Below are positions 1 through 9,667 of a stretch of DNA of 44,550 bases, in pieces (the first letter of the stretch is position 1; every line of letters begins with the position of its first letter). The stretch comes from Bacteroidota bacterium (GTDB lineage: Bacteria > Bacteroidota > Bacteroidia > AKYH767-A > 2013-40CM-41-45): the NCBI GenBank assembly GCA_043742705.1, contig JAYTXY010000145.1, positions 1 to 44,550 of the forward strand. Direction: 5' to 3'. A program made the position numbers and the translations under genes. A model generated the notes under the pieces. The model was not told where the DNA came from. It worked only from the letters and a program-made list of their open reading frames with translations, and ran no database searches.

Positions 1-131
1 AGAAAGATTTTTCTACGCAACGCTCACTGATTGCTTTGGTTGGTAAAAGAAGAAGTCTTCTCGACTACTTACAGAAGACTGATATCGAACGATACAGAAA
101 GATCATCAGCGAACTGAACATAAGAAAATAA
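1..131 (+). CDS. rpsO: 30S ribosomal protein S15, 3' part (truncated by window start)
   Basis: Frame 3 reads [42 protein letters not shown], the S15 C-terminus; conserved rpsO-pnp gene order. Confidence 0.95.
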   Translation, partial: KDFSTQRSLIALVGKRRSLLDYLQKTDIERYRKIISELNIRK

Positions 132-150
132 TCAAGCACTTTTCAGGAGG

Positions 151-184
151 AAAAGGCATCCGCCTGAGGCGGATGCCTTTTTTC
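151..184 (+). terminator. Intrinsic terminator after rpsO
   Basis: AAAAGGCATCCGCC-TGA-GGCGGATGCCTTTT perfect stem followed by T tract. Confidence 0.85.
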
Positions 185-231
185 TTTCATAACCAACTTA
201 TTTATTCAAATCACTTATTATAATCAATTAG

Positions 232-2379
232 ATGTCAAACAAAGGAATTATTAAAACATTCGATATCGGTGACGGAAGAACGGTCTCTATCGAAACAGGA
301 AGATTAGCAAAACAAGCAGACGGATCTGTTGTTGTGAGAATGGGAGATGCTATGTTATTAGCAACAGTTGTCTCTTCAAAAAATGCAAAAGACGGAGTAG
401 ACTTTTTACCACTCTCTGTTGATTACCAGGAGAAGTTCGCATCCATGGGAAAATTTCCCGGAGGATTCTTTAAAAGAGAAGCGAGATTATCAGATCACGA
501 AATATTAATTAGCCGTTTAGTTGATCGTGCTTTAAGACCATTATTTCCAGACGATTATCATGCTGATGTTCAAGTTATGATTTCCATGATCTCCGGAGAC
601 AAAAACATTATGCCTGATGCATTGGCTTGTCTTGCTGCATCATCTGCAATTATGATTTCCGACATTCCATTCAACGGTCCTATTTCAGAGGTTCGCGTTG
701 CCAGAATCGATGGAAAGTTCTGTGTGAATCCATACATCAAAGACCTCGAACGTGCTGATATCGATCTTATGATTGCTGCATCCATGGAAAACATTGTGAT
801 GGTAGAAGGTGAAATGAAAGAAGTGTCGGAGCAGGAAATGATTGACGCGATTCAGTTCGGACATGAAGCCATCAAGATCCAATGTAAAGCGCAGTTGGAG
901 TTACAGGAAATGTGTGGCAAAAAAACCAAACGCGAATACTCTCACGAGACGAATGATGAAGCACTTCTTGCAAGCATCAAAGCAGCTACGTACGATAAAG
1001 TTTATGAAATAGCTCGTGGAGCAAAGTCTAAATCCGAGCGAAGCGAAGCGTTTGCAAAAATACTCGAAGACTTCGTTGCTACTCTTTCCGAAGAAGACCA
1101 AGCTGAAAAAGGAGCAATGATCAAACGTTATTTCTTTGAAGTGGAAAGTGACGCTATGCGTGCCTGTATCCTGAACGAAGGCGTTCGGTTAGATGGAAGA
1201 AAAACAACTGACATCCGTCCGATCTGGTGTGAAGTGGATTACCTTCCTTCTACTCACGGTTCGGCAATCTTCACGCGCGGAGAAACTCAATCACTTACAA
1301 CGATTACACTTGGAAGCAAACTCGATGAACAAACCATCGATCTTGCCATGACAGAAGGATCAAATAAATTTTTGCTTCACTATAATTTCCCTGCTTTTTC
1401 AACAGGAGAAGTAAAACCAAACAGAGGCCCGGGAAGACGTGAAGTAGGTCATGGAAACCTGGCAATGCGTTCATTGAAAGTAATGCTTCCGCCGGAATCA
1501 GAATGTCCTTATACAATTCGTGTAGTGTCTGATATTCTTGAATCAAATGGTTCATCATCGATGGCTACCGTTTGTGCAGGTACACTTGCATTGATGGATG
1601 CCGGAATCAAACTTCGCAGACCTGTTTCCGGGATTGCTATGGGATTGATTACAGATGGTAAAGGAAAATTTGCTGTGTTGTCAGACATCCTCGGTGATGA
1701 AGATCATTTGGGTGACATGGATTTCAAAGTGACCGGAACTGAAAAAGGAATTTGTGCCTGCCAGATGGATTTGAAAATCCAGGGATTGCCTCACGACATC
1801 ATGATGAAGGCATTGAACCAGGCGAAAGAAGGAAGAATGCACATCCTGAAAGAAATGATGAAGACATTGTCTGAGCCACGTGTTGATTACAAACCGCACG
1901 CTCCTCGTATTGAGAAGATGATCATTGCAAAAGAATTCATCGGTGCTGTAATCGGACCTGGTGGAAAAGTGATCCAGGAAATGCAGCGTGAAACAAATAC
2001 GACTATCTCCATTGAAGAGATCGCCAACCAGGGTGTGATTGAAATATCTTCTACTGACAAAGCATCCATTGATGCAGCTATGGCAAGAATCAGAGCGATC
2101 ACCGCTGTTCCTGAAATTGGTGAAGTGTATGATGGAAAAGTAAAGAACATCATGGACTTCGGTGCATTCGTGGAAATCATTCCTGGAAAAGACGGCTTAC
2201 TGCATATCTCTGAGATTAGCTGGGATCGTTTGAATACCATGGAAGGTGTTTTCAAAGAAGGCGAAATCATAAAAGTAAAACTCATCGACATCGATAAAAA
2301 GACAGGCAAGATGAAACTTTCAAGAAAAGTTTTACTTCCCCGTCCTGAGAAAAAAGAAAAGGACCAGGTTCAGTCTTAA
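232..2379 (+). CDS. pnp: Polyribonucleotide nucleotidyltransferase (PNPase)
   Basis: Two RNase PH domains ([27 protein letters not shown]), KH (IGPGGKVI) and S1 ([15 protein letters not shown]) domains. Confidence 0.98.
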   Translation: MSNKGIIKTFDIGDGRTVSIETGRLAKQADGSVVVRMGDAMLLATVVSSKNAKDGVDFLPLSVDYQEKFASMGKFPGGFFKREARLSDHEILISRLVDRALRPLFPDDYHADVQVMISMISGDKNIMPDALACLAASSAIMISDIPFNGPISEVRVARIDGKFCVNPYIKDLERADIDLMIAASMENIVMVEGEMKEVSEQEMIDAIQFGHEAIKIQCKAQLELQEMCGKKTKREYSHETNDEALLASIKAATYDKVYEIARGAKSKSERSEAFAKILEDFVATLSEEDQAEKGAMIKRYFFEVESDAMRACILNEGVRLDGRKTTDIRPIWCEVDYLPSTHGSAIFTRGETQSLTTITLGSKLDEQTIDLAMTEGSNKFLLHYNFPAFSTGEVKPNRGPGRREVGHGNLAMRSLKVMLPPESECPYTIRVVSDILESNGSSSMATVCAGTLALMDAGIKLRRPVSGIAMGLITDGKGKFAVLSDILGDEDHLGDMDFKVTGTEKGICACQMDLKIQGLPHDIMMKALNQAKEGRMHILKEMMKTLSEPRVDYKPHAPRIEKMIIAKEFIGAVIGPGGKVIQEMQRETNTTISIEEIANQGVIEISSTDKASIDAAMARIRAITAVPEIGEVYDGKVKNIMDFGAFVEIIPGKDGLLHISEISWDRLNTMEGVFKEGEIIKVKLIDIDKKTGKMKLSRKVLLPRPEKKEKDQVQS

Positions 2380-2405
2380 TCACTTTTTTATCCTCATTCT
2401 TACAC

Positions 2406-2435
2406 AATGCCCTGCAAATGCGGGGCATTTTTTTT
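2406..2435 (+). terminator. Intrinsic terminator after pnp
   Basis: AATGCCCTGCA-AA-TGCGGGGCATT stem followed by T run. Confidence 0.8.
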
Positions 2436-2527
2436 ATTTTGAAAATCCGGGATGAAAATCTTACACCATCTTACAAACAACTGTTCGTAAAATTTGTAAG
2501 GATTTTTTGATAATTTAGAAGTGCCTT

Positions 2528-2552
2528 GAAACTAAATGCAGATGCAGCCGTT
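2528..2552 (+). promoter_or_regulatory. Possible ECF-sigma promoter upstream of the primary sigma factor gene
   Basis: GAAACT...CGTT with 16 nt between AAC and CGT, matching the generic ECF -35/-10 pattern. Confidence 0.35.
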
Positions 2553-2598
2553 TTAAACACTCAGTAATTATCACAATAACGTTACTTAAACTTTACGA

Positions 2599-3465
2599 AT
2601 GCGTCAGCTAAAAATTACCAAGCAGGTCACGAACCGTGAAACGGCATCGCTTGACAAGTATTTACAGGAGATCGGAAGGGTTGAATTAATCACTGCCGAA
2701 GAGGAAGTGAAATTAGCCCAAGCTATTAAAAAGGGTGATCAAAAGTCACTGGAAAAATTAACGAAGGCAAATCTTCGTTTCGTTGTTTCCGTGGCCAAGC
2801 AATATCAAAACCAGGGACTCACTCTCGGTGACTTAATCAACGAAGGAAATCTCGGATTGATAAAAGCCGCTCAGCGTTTCGATGAGACACGCGGATTTAA
2901 ATTCATCTCTTATGCAGTATGGTGGATCCGTCAGTCTATTCTTCAGGCTCTTGCCGAGCAAAGCCGTATTGTACGATTGCCTTTGAATAAAATCGGCTCG
3001 ATCAATAAAATCAACAAAGCATTTTCAAAACTCGAACAGGAATACGAGCGCGAACCTTCTGCAGATGAACTTGCATTGGTCCTTGAACTTACCTCTGACG
3101 ATATTAAGGATACCATGCGTACTTCAGGACGTCACGTATCTATGGATGCTCCACTTGTTTCAGGAGAAGACAGCAGTCTGCTCGATGTATTGGAGGACGA
3201 AGATCAGCCCAATCCGGATCATATGTTAATGAGTGAATCACTGCGTAGGGAAGTTGAACGTGCACTTTCTACTCTCACCTCTCGTGAAGCAGATGTAATC
3301 CGTTTATACTTCGGACTTGAAGTTGGTGAGCAACCAATGACACTCGAGGAAATCGGTGACCGTTTCGATCTCACACGTGAACGCGTACGACAAATAAAAG
3401 AAAAAGCAATTCGCAGATTGAAGCATACTTCACGAAGCAAAATATTGAAGACTTATTTAGGTTAA
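2599..3465 (+). CDS. rpoD: Primary RNA polymerase sigma-70 factor, Bacteroidota short type
   Basis: [25 protein letters not shown] start; regions 2 ([27 protein letters not shown]) and 4 ([14 protein letters not shown]); no region 1.1. Confidence 0.95.
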   Translation: MRQLKITKQVTNRETASLDKYLQEIGRVELITAEEEVKLAQAIKKGDQKSLEKLTKANLRFVVSVAKQYQNQGLTLGDLINEGNLGLIKAAQRFDETRGFKFISYAVWWIRQSILQALAEQSRIVRLPLNKIGSINKINKAFSKLEQEYEREPSADELALVLELTSDDIKDTMRTSGRHVSMDAPLVSGEDSSLLDVLEDEDQPNPDHMLMSESLRREVERALSTLTSREADVIRLYFGLEVGEQPMTLEEIGDRFDLTRERVRQIKEKAIRRLKHTSRSKILKTYLG

Positions 3466-3483
3466 ACAATTGAAAGTTGGAAG

Positions 3484-3519
3484 CAAAAAAGAGTTCTGCG
3501 AAAGCAGGACTTTTTTTGT
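3484..3519 (+). terminator. Intrinsic terminator after rpoD
   Basis: AAAAAAGAGTTCTGC-GAAA-GCAGGACTTTTTTT hairpin with GNRA loop. Confidence 0.8.
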
Positions 3520-3619
3520 TTGTGATTGCCTGTATCGAATTTCTAATCTTTTACGAATTCACAAATCGTTGAAATTAATTTCTTAGTTTCCATTTTTGCC
3601 TTTATCTTCGGTGTTAACT

Positions 3620-3640
3620 TTCAATCTTCAATCTTCAATC
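3620..3640. repeat. Heptamer tandem array (TTCAATC)3
   Basis: Three perfect units ending 3 nt before the rpe ATG. Confidence 0.85.
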
Positions 3641-3643
3641 CCA

Positions 3644-4327
3644 ATGCCCATCATCTCCCCTTCTGTTCTTTCTGCTGATTTCAATAACCTTGAACGCGAC
3701 ATTGAAATGTTGAATCAAAGTCAGGCAGATTGGTTTCATTTGGATGTAATGGACGGAGTTTTTGTTCCGAACATTTCTTTCGGCTTTCCGGTTATTCATG
3801 CTATCAAAAAGATTGCAAAGAAGCCGCTCGATGTTCACTTGATGATCGTTCAACCGGAGCGTTATGTGCAGCAATTTAAAGATGCAGGTGCTTCTATTTT
3901 AAGTATTCATTATGAAGCATCTACGCACATTCACCGAACAATTCAATCAATCAAAAATTTGGGCATGCAAGCTGGAGTTGCGATCAATCCGCACACTTCT
4001 GTGACGGTATTGGAAGACGTAATTACAGACATTGATTTAGTCTGTATGATGAGTGTAAATCCCGGCTTTGGCGGACAGAAATTTATTCAGAATACCTATC
4101 GGAAAATTGAACAGTTAAAGAACATCATCCTCAAAAGAAATTCAAAAGCAAAAATTGAAATTGACGGTGGAGTCGATTTGGAAAATGCTGCCAAGCTGAT
4201 AAAAGCCGGAGCTGATGTTTTGGTTGCCGGCAACACCGTTTTCTCATCTTCAAATCCGAGTGAAACCATTTCGCTTTTGAAAAGTTTGGAAAAAACAGGA
4301 GTTCAAAGTTCAAAGTTCAAAGTTTGA
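3644..4327 (+). CDS. rpe: Ribulose-phosphate 3-epimerase
   Basis: SPSVLSADF, HLDVMDGVFVPNISFG, DVHLM, MSVNPGFGGQ and IDGG motifs; start moved from TTG 3596 to ATG 3644. Confidence 0.97.
   Translation: MPIISPSVLSADFNNLERDIEMLNQSQADWFHLDVMDGVFVPNISFGFPVIHAIKKIAKKPLDVHLMIVQPERYVQQFKDAGASILSIHYEASTHIHRTIQSIKNLGMQAGVAINPHTSVTVLEDVITDIDLVCMMSVNPGFGGQKFIQNTYRKIEQLKNIILKRNSKAKIEIDGGVDLENAAKLIKAGADVLVAGNTVFSSSNPSETISLLKSLEKTGVQSSKFKV
4300..4327. repeat. Heptamer array (AGTTCAA)3 AGTTTGA overlapping the rpe 3' end
   Basis: Read directly; the last unit contains the TGA stop. Confidence 0.85.
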
Positions 4328-4391
4328 TGGTGGAGTTTGGGATGTTTCCAATCCAACTTTTGTCTCCTAAAACTGAACTACAAACTCCTGA

Positions 4392-5606
4392 CTAACCAAC
4401 ATAGTCCTTCAAGTAACTAAACCGCTCAGTAAGTTGGCCGTCTTTAGCAATTGATGCACGTTTGATCACGCCATCCTTATCATCACCAAACAAAGAAGGA
4501 AGCACTCTCTCAAAAAGATGCTTACCAAAACCATCCGAAGCATCGCGAGGTAATTCGCAAGGAAGGTTGTCGATTGCCATTACTGTGATTGCTTCCTTGG
4601 CAAACGGCTCCACGATCTCTTCATTCATGGGGTTGTAGCCATAGAATTTATCCTCTATAGTAGTTGCTTGTGTTGTAGATGGAATGCTGCCATTCAGATC
4701 GCAGGAAACATCAGCAATTACGCTGATCCTGAAATCAGGGTCGCGCATCTCCGCTTTTGTGAAAAGCACATCCGCTCTCGGATCCCAATAGGTGCAGTGT
4801 AGAAGCATATCAGAAACTGAAGCGTATGAATCAGGAGCGTGAAACCTGCAGCGGTAATTTTCAGGGTGATGATGAAAATCGTATGCACTGAAAGGAGAAC
4901 TGTCTTTCGATTCATAATAATCCTCCGAATGCAGCTGCGCATACACAGGCTCGCGAAAGGAATAGTTGAGAAACTCATACGGAGTGACTTTCCTGATGTT
5001 CATCGCTCCAATTGTTTCGCAGGCGCCATTGGCAACCCTTCCTCCTCCTGTGACCACAATTTTGATATTGGGGAGACTGATTGAATCCAGGTTTTGAAAG
5101 AGTTCCTTTTTATCGTGACAAAGATGAGCTGGCTTCAGGTTGAATAAATGATATTTTAGTCCGTAGGCCATGAGTCCGTTGTAAGCTCCTACAATTCCCG
5201 CGAAGCGACCGAAGCCAATGATGCGGTTTCCATTCACATCCACCATGCATTCATAGTCAATCAACTGGACTTTTTTTTCCAGGATTTCACGGAGCAGTTC
5301 GCGGTTATGAGGTTGCTTTTTTATTGTGTGAGAAAAGAACAGGTATTTTTTTCCGGGAATCAGTTCTTTCTTCGGAACTTCCTTAATGCCAATCAATATA
5401 TCACGATCGCTGACATCTTCCTGAAGTGTTATTCCCGCTTTCACATACTCCTCGTCTTTGAAACTCCGCCATTCACTCGGCTGAATAACAATATCAACGT
5501 TCGGAAATTGGTCCTTGATCATGACACATTGTTCAGGCGTAAACGGAACACGCTTATCGTGAGGCACTTTTCCTTCCCTGATAATTCCTACTTTTAATTT
5601 CGACAT
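4392..5606 (-). CDS. AlaDH/PNT-fold NAD(P)-dependent oxidoreductase (saccharopine dehydrogenase / lysine-ketoglutarate reductase-like)
   Basis: GIIREGKVPHDKRVP, GIKEVP, FFSHTIKKQ, IADVSCD and AIDNLPCELPRDAS motifs. Confidence 0.85.
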   Translation of the reverse strand: MSKLKVGIIREGKVPHDKRVPFTPEQCVMIKDQFPNVDIVIQPSEWRSFKDEEYVKAGITLQEDVSDRDILIGIKEVPKKELIPGKKYLFFSHTIKKQPHNRELLREILEKKVQLIDYECMVDVNGNRIIGFGRFAGIVGAYNGLMAYGLKYHLFNLKPAHLCHDKKELFQNLDSISLPNIKIVVTGGGRVANGACETIGAMNIRKVTPYEFLNYSFREPVYAQLHSEDYYESKDSSPFSAYDFHHHPENYRCRFHAPDSYASVSDMLLHCTYWDPRADVLFTKAEMRDPDFRISVIADVSCDLNGSIPSTTQATTIEDKFYGYNPMNEEIVEPFAKEAITVMAIDNLPCELPRDASDGFGKHLFERVLPSLFGDDKDGVIKRASIAKDGQLTERFSYLKDYVG

Positions 5607-5626
5607 GGTTCAAGATAAAAACGCGG

Positions 5627-5656
5627 CAAAGATAAATGAATATGTACGTTTGGCAA
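5627..5656 (-). promoter_or_regulatory. Bacteroidota housekeeping promoter
   Basis: Minus strand TTG-N19-TATCTTTG, 20 nt upstream of the 5606 start. Confidence 0.65.
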
Positions 5657-5703
5657 TGTCTACTTTTCGCTAACTATTCTAACTTTGTGACGCTTTAGAA
5701 AAC

Positions 5704-5742
5704 AGAATCAATAATCAAGACGCAAGAGTCAAGAATCAAGAC
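5704..5742. repeat. Degenerate heptamer array, AGA.TCA family
   Basis: AGAATCA ATAATCA AGACGCA AGAGTCA AGAATCA AGAC; same family at 12468-12499. Confidence 0.75.
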
Positions 5743-5791
5743 AATATTTTAATCACAATACGCATATCGCATTACACACATCGAAACTCAT

Positions 5792-6271
5792 ATGAAAATA
5801 CTCATGGTTTGTCTGGGAAATATCTGTCGCTCACCGATTGCAGAGGGAATTCTCAGGAAAAAGATTGAAGAACACAAACTGAATGTTTTGGTTGATTCAG
5901 CAGGAACGGGAGACTGGCATGTTGGTCAAGGTCCAGACAAGCGAGCAATTGAGACGGCTCAAAAATTCGGAGTTGACATCTCCACATTGCGTGGAAGGCA
6001 AATTTCTCCCAATGATTTTGATACGTTCGATAAAATTTTTGTGATGGATAAACACAACTACGGTGATGTTGTTTCTCTCACAAGAAAAAATGAACATAAA
6101 GAAAAAGTAGAGCTGCTGTTGAATACTGTCAAACCGGGCTCAAACCATTCCGTGCCTGATCCTTATTACGGAGAAGTTGATGGATTCCATGATGTTTTCA
6201 GAATGATTGACACGGCTTGTGATGCGATTGTGACTGACTTGAAGAAAAAAGTTGAAAGTGAGAAGGTGTGA
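5792..6271 (+). CDS. Low molecular weight protein-tyrosine phosphatase
   Basis: VCLGNICRSP P-loop, DSAGT and DPYY motifs. Confidence 0.95.
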   Translation: MKILMVCLGNICRSPIAEGILRKKIEEHKLNVLVDSAGTGDWHVGQGPDKRAIETAQKFGVDISTLRGRQISPNDFDTFDKIFVMDKHNYGDVVSLTRKNEHKEKVELLLNTVKPGSNHSVPDPYYGEVDGFHDVFRMIDTACDAIVTDLKKKVESEKV

Positions 6272-6281
6272 GAGTACATGC

Positions 6282-6354
6282 ATTAGTTCAATGCTTCATT
6301 AGTTCATTAGTTCATACGTGTATTCGTAAATTCGCATTGATTAGTAATTCGTAG
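6282..6354. repeat. Octamer array (ATTAGTTC x4, degenerate) followed by a 33-nt ATTCGTA module
   Basis: Octamers at 6282-6313; module 6322-6354 is 30/33 identical to 12529-12561. Confidence 0.8.
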
Positions 6355-7056
6355 ATGTCAGCTAAACTATACCTCATCCCTACTCCACTCGCTGATGAAA
6401 GCATTCATGTAATTCCTTCTTATGTGAAGGAGTTGATTGTAACACTCGATGAGTTTGTGGTGGAGAATGAGAAATCAGCACGACAGTTTTTGAAAAAGGT
6501 TGGTTACCCGAAATCACTCAATGAAGTCACACTTTATCCTTTGAATGAACATACTCCGGAAACTGAAATCAGTGCGTTGATGAAACCGTTACTTGAGGGA
6601 AGGAACCTCGGTTTGCTTTCAGAAGCAGGTTGTCCTGCTGTTGCTGATCCCGGAGCAGCTTTGGTAAAAACAGCTCATCAAAATAATATTTCCGTTGTTC
6701 CTCTTACAGGCCCTTCATCCATTATTCTTTCGCTGATGGCAAGCGGACTGAACGGACAATCGTTTTCATTTTCAGGTTATCTTCCGAGAGAACGATCTTT
6801 AAGGGTCAAGTCACTGAAAGAATTGGAAAGAATTGTATTCACAAAAAAACAAACACAGATTTTTATTGAAACTCCGTATCGTAATCAGCATTTACTGGAA
6901 GACATTCTTCAAACCTGCGATCCGAACCTGCTGTTATGCATTGCCTGCGAAATCACCGGAACAAACGAATTGATAAAAACAAAAAGTGTCAGAGAGTGGA
7001 AGAAAAAAATTCCTGACATCAACAAACGTCCTTGCATTTTTTTAATTGGTGAGTAA
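6355..7056 (+). CDS. RsmI-like SAM-dependent methyltransferase (tetrapyrrole methylase fold)
   Basis: LYLIPTPL, LSEAGCPAVADPG, PLTGPSS, FSGYLP and FIETPYRN motifs. Confidence 0.85.
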   Translation: MSAKLYLIPTPLADESIHVIPSYVKELIVTLDEFVVENEKSARQFLKKVGYPKSLNEVTLYPLNEHTPETEISALMKPLLEGRNLGLLSEAGCPAVADPGAALVKTAHQNNISVVPLTGPSSIILSLMASGLNGQSFSFSGYLPRERSLRVKSLKELERIVFTKKQTQIFIETPYRNQHLLEDILQTCDPNLLLCIACEITGTNELIKTKSVREWKKKIPDINKRPCIFLIGE

Positions 7057-7059
7057 ATT

Positions 7060-7082
7060 AGTTCAAAGTTCTTAGTTCAAAG
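7060..7082. repeat. Heptamer array, AGTTCAA family
   Basis: AGTTCAA AGTTCTT AGTTCAA AG fills most of a 27-bp convergent spacer. Confidence 0.8.
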
Positions 7083-7083
7083 A

Positions 7084-7983
7084 TTACTTCACAGAAACAA
7101 TCTCGACTTCAAATAGCAGAGGACAATAAGGAGGAATGACATACGAACCATTCATTTTATTCCGGAGCCCTTCTTCACCAAAAGCAAGATCAGAGGGAAC
7201 AATCATGGTAATTTTATCACCTTGCCTGAATTTTTTGAATGCAATATCCCAACCCTTTATCGCTTCACCTGCTCCAACCTTGAACGTATAAAGAGTTTGC
7301 TCTTTCAAATTCGAATCGAATATTTCACCATTCAAAAATTTTCCCGTGTATTTTACAGAAATAATTTTTCCTGTGTCAGCAAGTACACCCTTTCCTTCTG
7401 CATTTTTAATAATGTACATTCCCATTGAATCAGGTTGCTGAACAATGTGATTTTCGTCCACGTACTTTTTTATGGCTGACTTCTCAAGTGCTTCCTGCTT
7501 ATCTAACTCACGGTACATTTCTTCCGCTGCATCCAGTTCGCTCTGGATACGCAACAGTTTCATATCAAATTTTAAAAAACTTCCTGCCTTCAGAAAATCA
7601 GGACGAACATATGTGCTTCCTCCTAATTTCGAAAAAATTTTTTGCACCATTGAGTCCGTTGAAACGAAAAACGTTGCGCTATCGCCAACAGCCAGATATG
7701 TTAGTCCTTCTTCCATCCCACCGATGAACTTCGGTTGCTGCAATTGAAACCGCATCGGCATTTTATTCTGTCTTGAATCGAACAACACTGAATCAGATTC
7801 TGTTTTATACACCATCTCAATGGTTACAAAATCTCCAACCTTGGCTTTTGGTCCGGGATTCTCAGTGTATAAAATGTATTTCATCCCTGAATCTGTATGT
7901 TTCTCATTCGCATGCTTACACCCTACAAACAGCAGGGAGAAAAAAAGAACAGAAACACATAATCTAAATTTCATTTTCATCAT
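7084..7983 (-). CDS. Two-domain FKBP-type peptidyl-prolyl isomerase, lipoprotein
   Basis: Lipobox FVGC; two FKBP domains (VLFDS..GMEEGL and VKYTGKFLNGEIFDS..IKGWD..IPPYCPLLFEVE). Confidence 0.9.
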   Translation of the reverse strand: MMKMKFRLCVSVLFFSLLFVGCKHANEKHTDSGMKYILYTENPGPKAKVGDFVTIEMVYKTESDSVLFDSRQNKMPMRFQLQQPKFIGGMEEGLTYLAVGDSATFFVSTDSMVQKIFSKLGGSTYVRPDFLKAGSFLKFDMKLLRIQSELDAAEEMYRELDKQEALEKSAIKKYVDENHIVQQPDSMGMYIIKNAEGKGVLADTGKIISVKYTGKFLNGEIFDSNLKEQTLYTFKVGAGEAIKGWDIAFKKFRQGDKITMIVPSDLAFGEEGLRNKMNGSYVIPPYCPLLFEVEIVSVK

Positions 7984-8519
7984 TTTAGATCGTTTACTTT
8001 TAATAATGTGACATCGTAGTACAGGGAACTGCTACGAGGAATTTTATCATCGTCACCTAACATACCATAACCAAGGTGAGAGGGAAGTACCAATCGCGCT
8101 TTATCTCCCTCACGCATCAACAAAACACCTTCTTCAAGTCCGTGTGTTTGTTCACCACGGCCTGTTATTAACGTCAACGGTTTTTTATCACTGATAGAAT
8201 AGCATTGTGTACCATCCAGAAGATATAACGTGTATGCAATAGTGATTTGTTCTTTTTCTTCCGCCTTCTTTCCGTTTCCTTGCTGATAAATTTCATACCG
8301 TAATCCTGATCCGGTGGAAGTCATTTTCCACTGATGTCTTGAAATGAAATCGTCAATTTCTTTCGACTCGTCTTTCAGCATAATTTTATTCGCATTGATC
8401 AAATGCTCTTTCAACGAGTCTGCTGAAACAACCTGTTGTTCCGGTTGATGATTACAGGAAATAAAACAGGAAGACACGACCAGCATCAAATAAAAAAAAA
8501 TTGTTGCAGCAAATTTCAT
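7980..8519 (-). CDS. FKBP-type peptidyl-prolyl isomerase lipoprotein, GldI-like
   Basis: Lipobox FISC; SGLRY, GLEEGVLLMREGDKA and PSHLGYG..GD..KIP motifs; follows a DHH gene as in other Bacteroidota. Confidence 0.85.
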   Translation of the reverse strand: MKFAATIFFYLMLVVSSCFISCNHQPEQQVVSADSLKEHLINANKIMLKDESKEIDDFISRHQWKMTSTGSGLRYEIYQQGNGKKAEEKEQITIAYTLYLLDGTQCYSISDKKPLTLITGRGEQTHGLEEGVLLMREGDKARLVLPSHLGYGMLGDDDKIPRSSSLYYDVTLLKVNDLK

Positions 8520-8522
8520 GAC

Positions 8523-9548
8523 TTAACCAATCAATCGCGATTTATACTCAGGAAGAATACTGAGAAATTTCTTTACCGTTTCATCCAGCGAAAGATCCGA
8601 TTTTCCTCCGGAAGCATTTTTATGCCCTCCGCCTTCGAAATATTTCCCAGACAATTCTTTCACGGAGAAATCTCCTTTCGAACGAAAAGAAATTTTAATC
8701 AGTCCGTTTTTTTCAGAAAAGAAAGCAGCAAGCCGGATTCCTTTGATGCTTAGTGCATAATTTACCAATCCTTCTGTATCACCGGTTTTGAAATTAAAAC
8801 CTTCCAATTCAGCTTGTGAAAGAGCGATGTAAGCTGTGTTGAATTCATGCAGAACTTGTAATTTTTCTTTCAGTGCATAACCTAACAAACGCAACCTGCT
8901 TTCAAGATAAGTGTCATACACGTTTTCATGGATCCTGTCATTCTCCGCTCCGGCATCCATCAGGTCGGCAATGATACGATGCGTATCACTTTTCATGGAT
9001 GCAAAACGAAATGAGTTTGTATCCGTCATGATGCCTGTATAAATGCACTCAGCAATTTCTCTGTTGATCATCTGCTTATCGCCCAGCGCTGCGATGAACT
9101 GGTAAATCAATTCGCAGGTTGAGCACGCTTCAGGATAAGAGAATGAATACCTGAATGCAGACTCAGGTTCAAGATGATGATCAATCAGAACCTTGATGGC
9201 TTTCGATGAACGAACTGACTCTTCAAACTTTTCAAGACGATTCAACCAGTTGAAGTCAAGGCAGAAAATAATATCTGAAGCAGCAACTACTTTCTTCGCT
9301 TCGTCTGTATTCTTTTCGAAATCAATCACGAATTTATTTCCGGGAAGCCAGGCAAGAAAATCAGGATATTCGCTTGGAGTTACAACAGTAACTGTGTGCC
9401 CTTTCAGTTTCAGGTAATTGGAAAGACCTAAAGAAGAACCCATCGCATCACCATCCGGACGATAATGGGTGGTGATAACGATCTTCTTCGGTGTGGATAA
9501 AAACTCTTTCAGTTCCGACATCTCGCCGGCGGGAAAACGATTGCTCAT
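8523..9548 (-). CDS. nrnA: DHH family bifunctional oligoribonuclease / pAp phosphatase
   Basis: HYRPDGDAMGS, IDHH, GIMTDT, SFRS and GGGH motifs; ATG 9548 preferred because the TTG at 9563 lies inside a -7 promoter box. Confidence 0.92.
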   Translation of the reverse strand: MSNRFPAGEMSELKEFLSTPKKIVITTHYRPDGDAMGSSLGLSNYLKLKGHTVTVVTPSEYPDFLAWLPGNKFVIDFEKNTDEAKKVVAASDIIFCLDFNWLNRLEKFEESVRSSKAIKVLIDHHLEPESAFRYSFSYPEACSTCELIYQFIAALGDKQMINREIAECIYTGIMTDTNSFRFASMKSDTHRIIADLMDAGAENDRIHENVYDTYLESRLRLLGYALKEKLQVLHEFNTAYIALSQAELEGFNFKTGDTEGLVNYALSIKGIRLAAFFSEKNGLIKISFRSKGDFSVKELSGKYFEGGGHKNASGGKSDLSLDETVKKFLSILPEYKSRLIG

Positions 9549-9560
9549 ATTAAATTTTTC

Positions 9561-9568
9561 CAAAAGTA
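9561..9568 (-). promoter_or_regulatory. -7 promoter element for the nrnA-FKBP operon
   Basis: TACTTTTG on the minus strand matches TAnnTTTG. Confidence 0.55.
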
Positions 9569-9572
9569 TGAC

Positions 9573-9614
9573 TTTAACCCTAAACTTTAAACTTTGAATT
9601 TTAAACTTAGAACT
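9573..9614. repeat. Heptamer array TTRAACT (reverse complement of the AGTTCAA family)
   Basis: TTTAACC CTAAACT TTAAACT TTGAATT TTAAACT TAGAACT. Confidence 0.8.
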
Positions 9615-9667
9615 CTTTGTCTTACTTTCGCACGCTGAATTTTAATTACACTTCTATCCTACACCTT

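Noticed and set aside
570-2309. Antisense and alternate-frame ORFs inside pnp, and likewise inside clpB, recF, recQ, atoB, the S8 protease and others
   Set aside because: They are fully nested in well-supported genes with no recognisable motifs, as expected for shadow ORFs.
3596-3643. Extended N-termini in the ORF track (rpe; also ndk 9617, nrnA 9563, DUF721 10482, T9SS protein 14325, NlpC/P60 28915)
   Set aside because: The extensions run through repeats, promoter boxes or the neighbouring gene, and family similarity begins at the downstream ATG.
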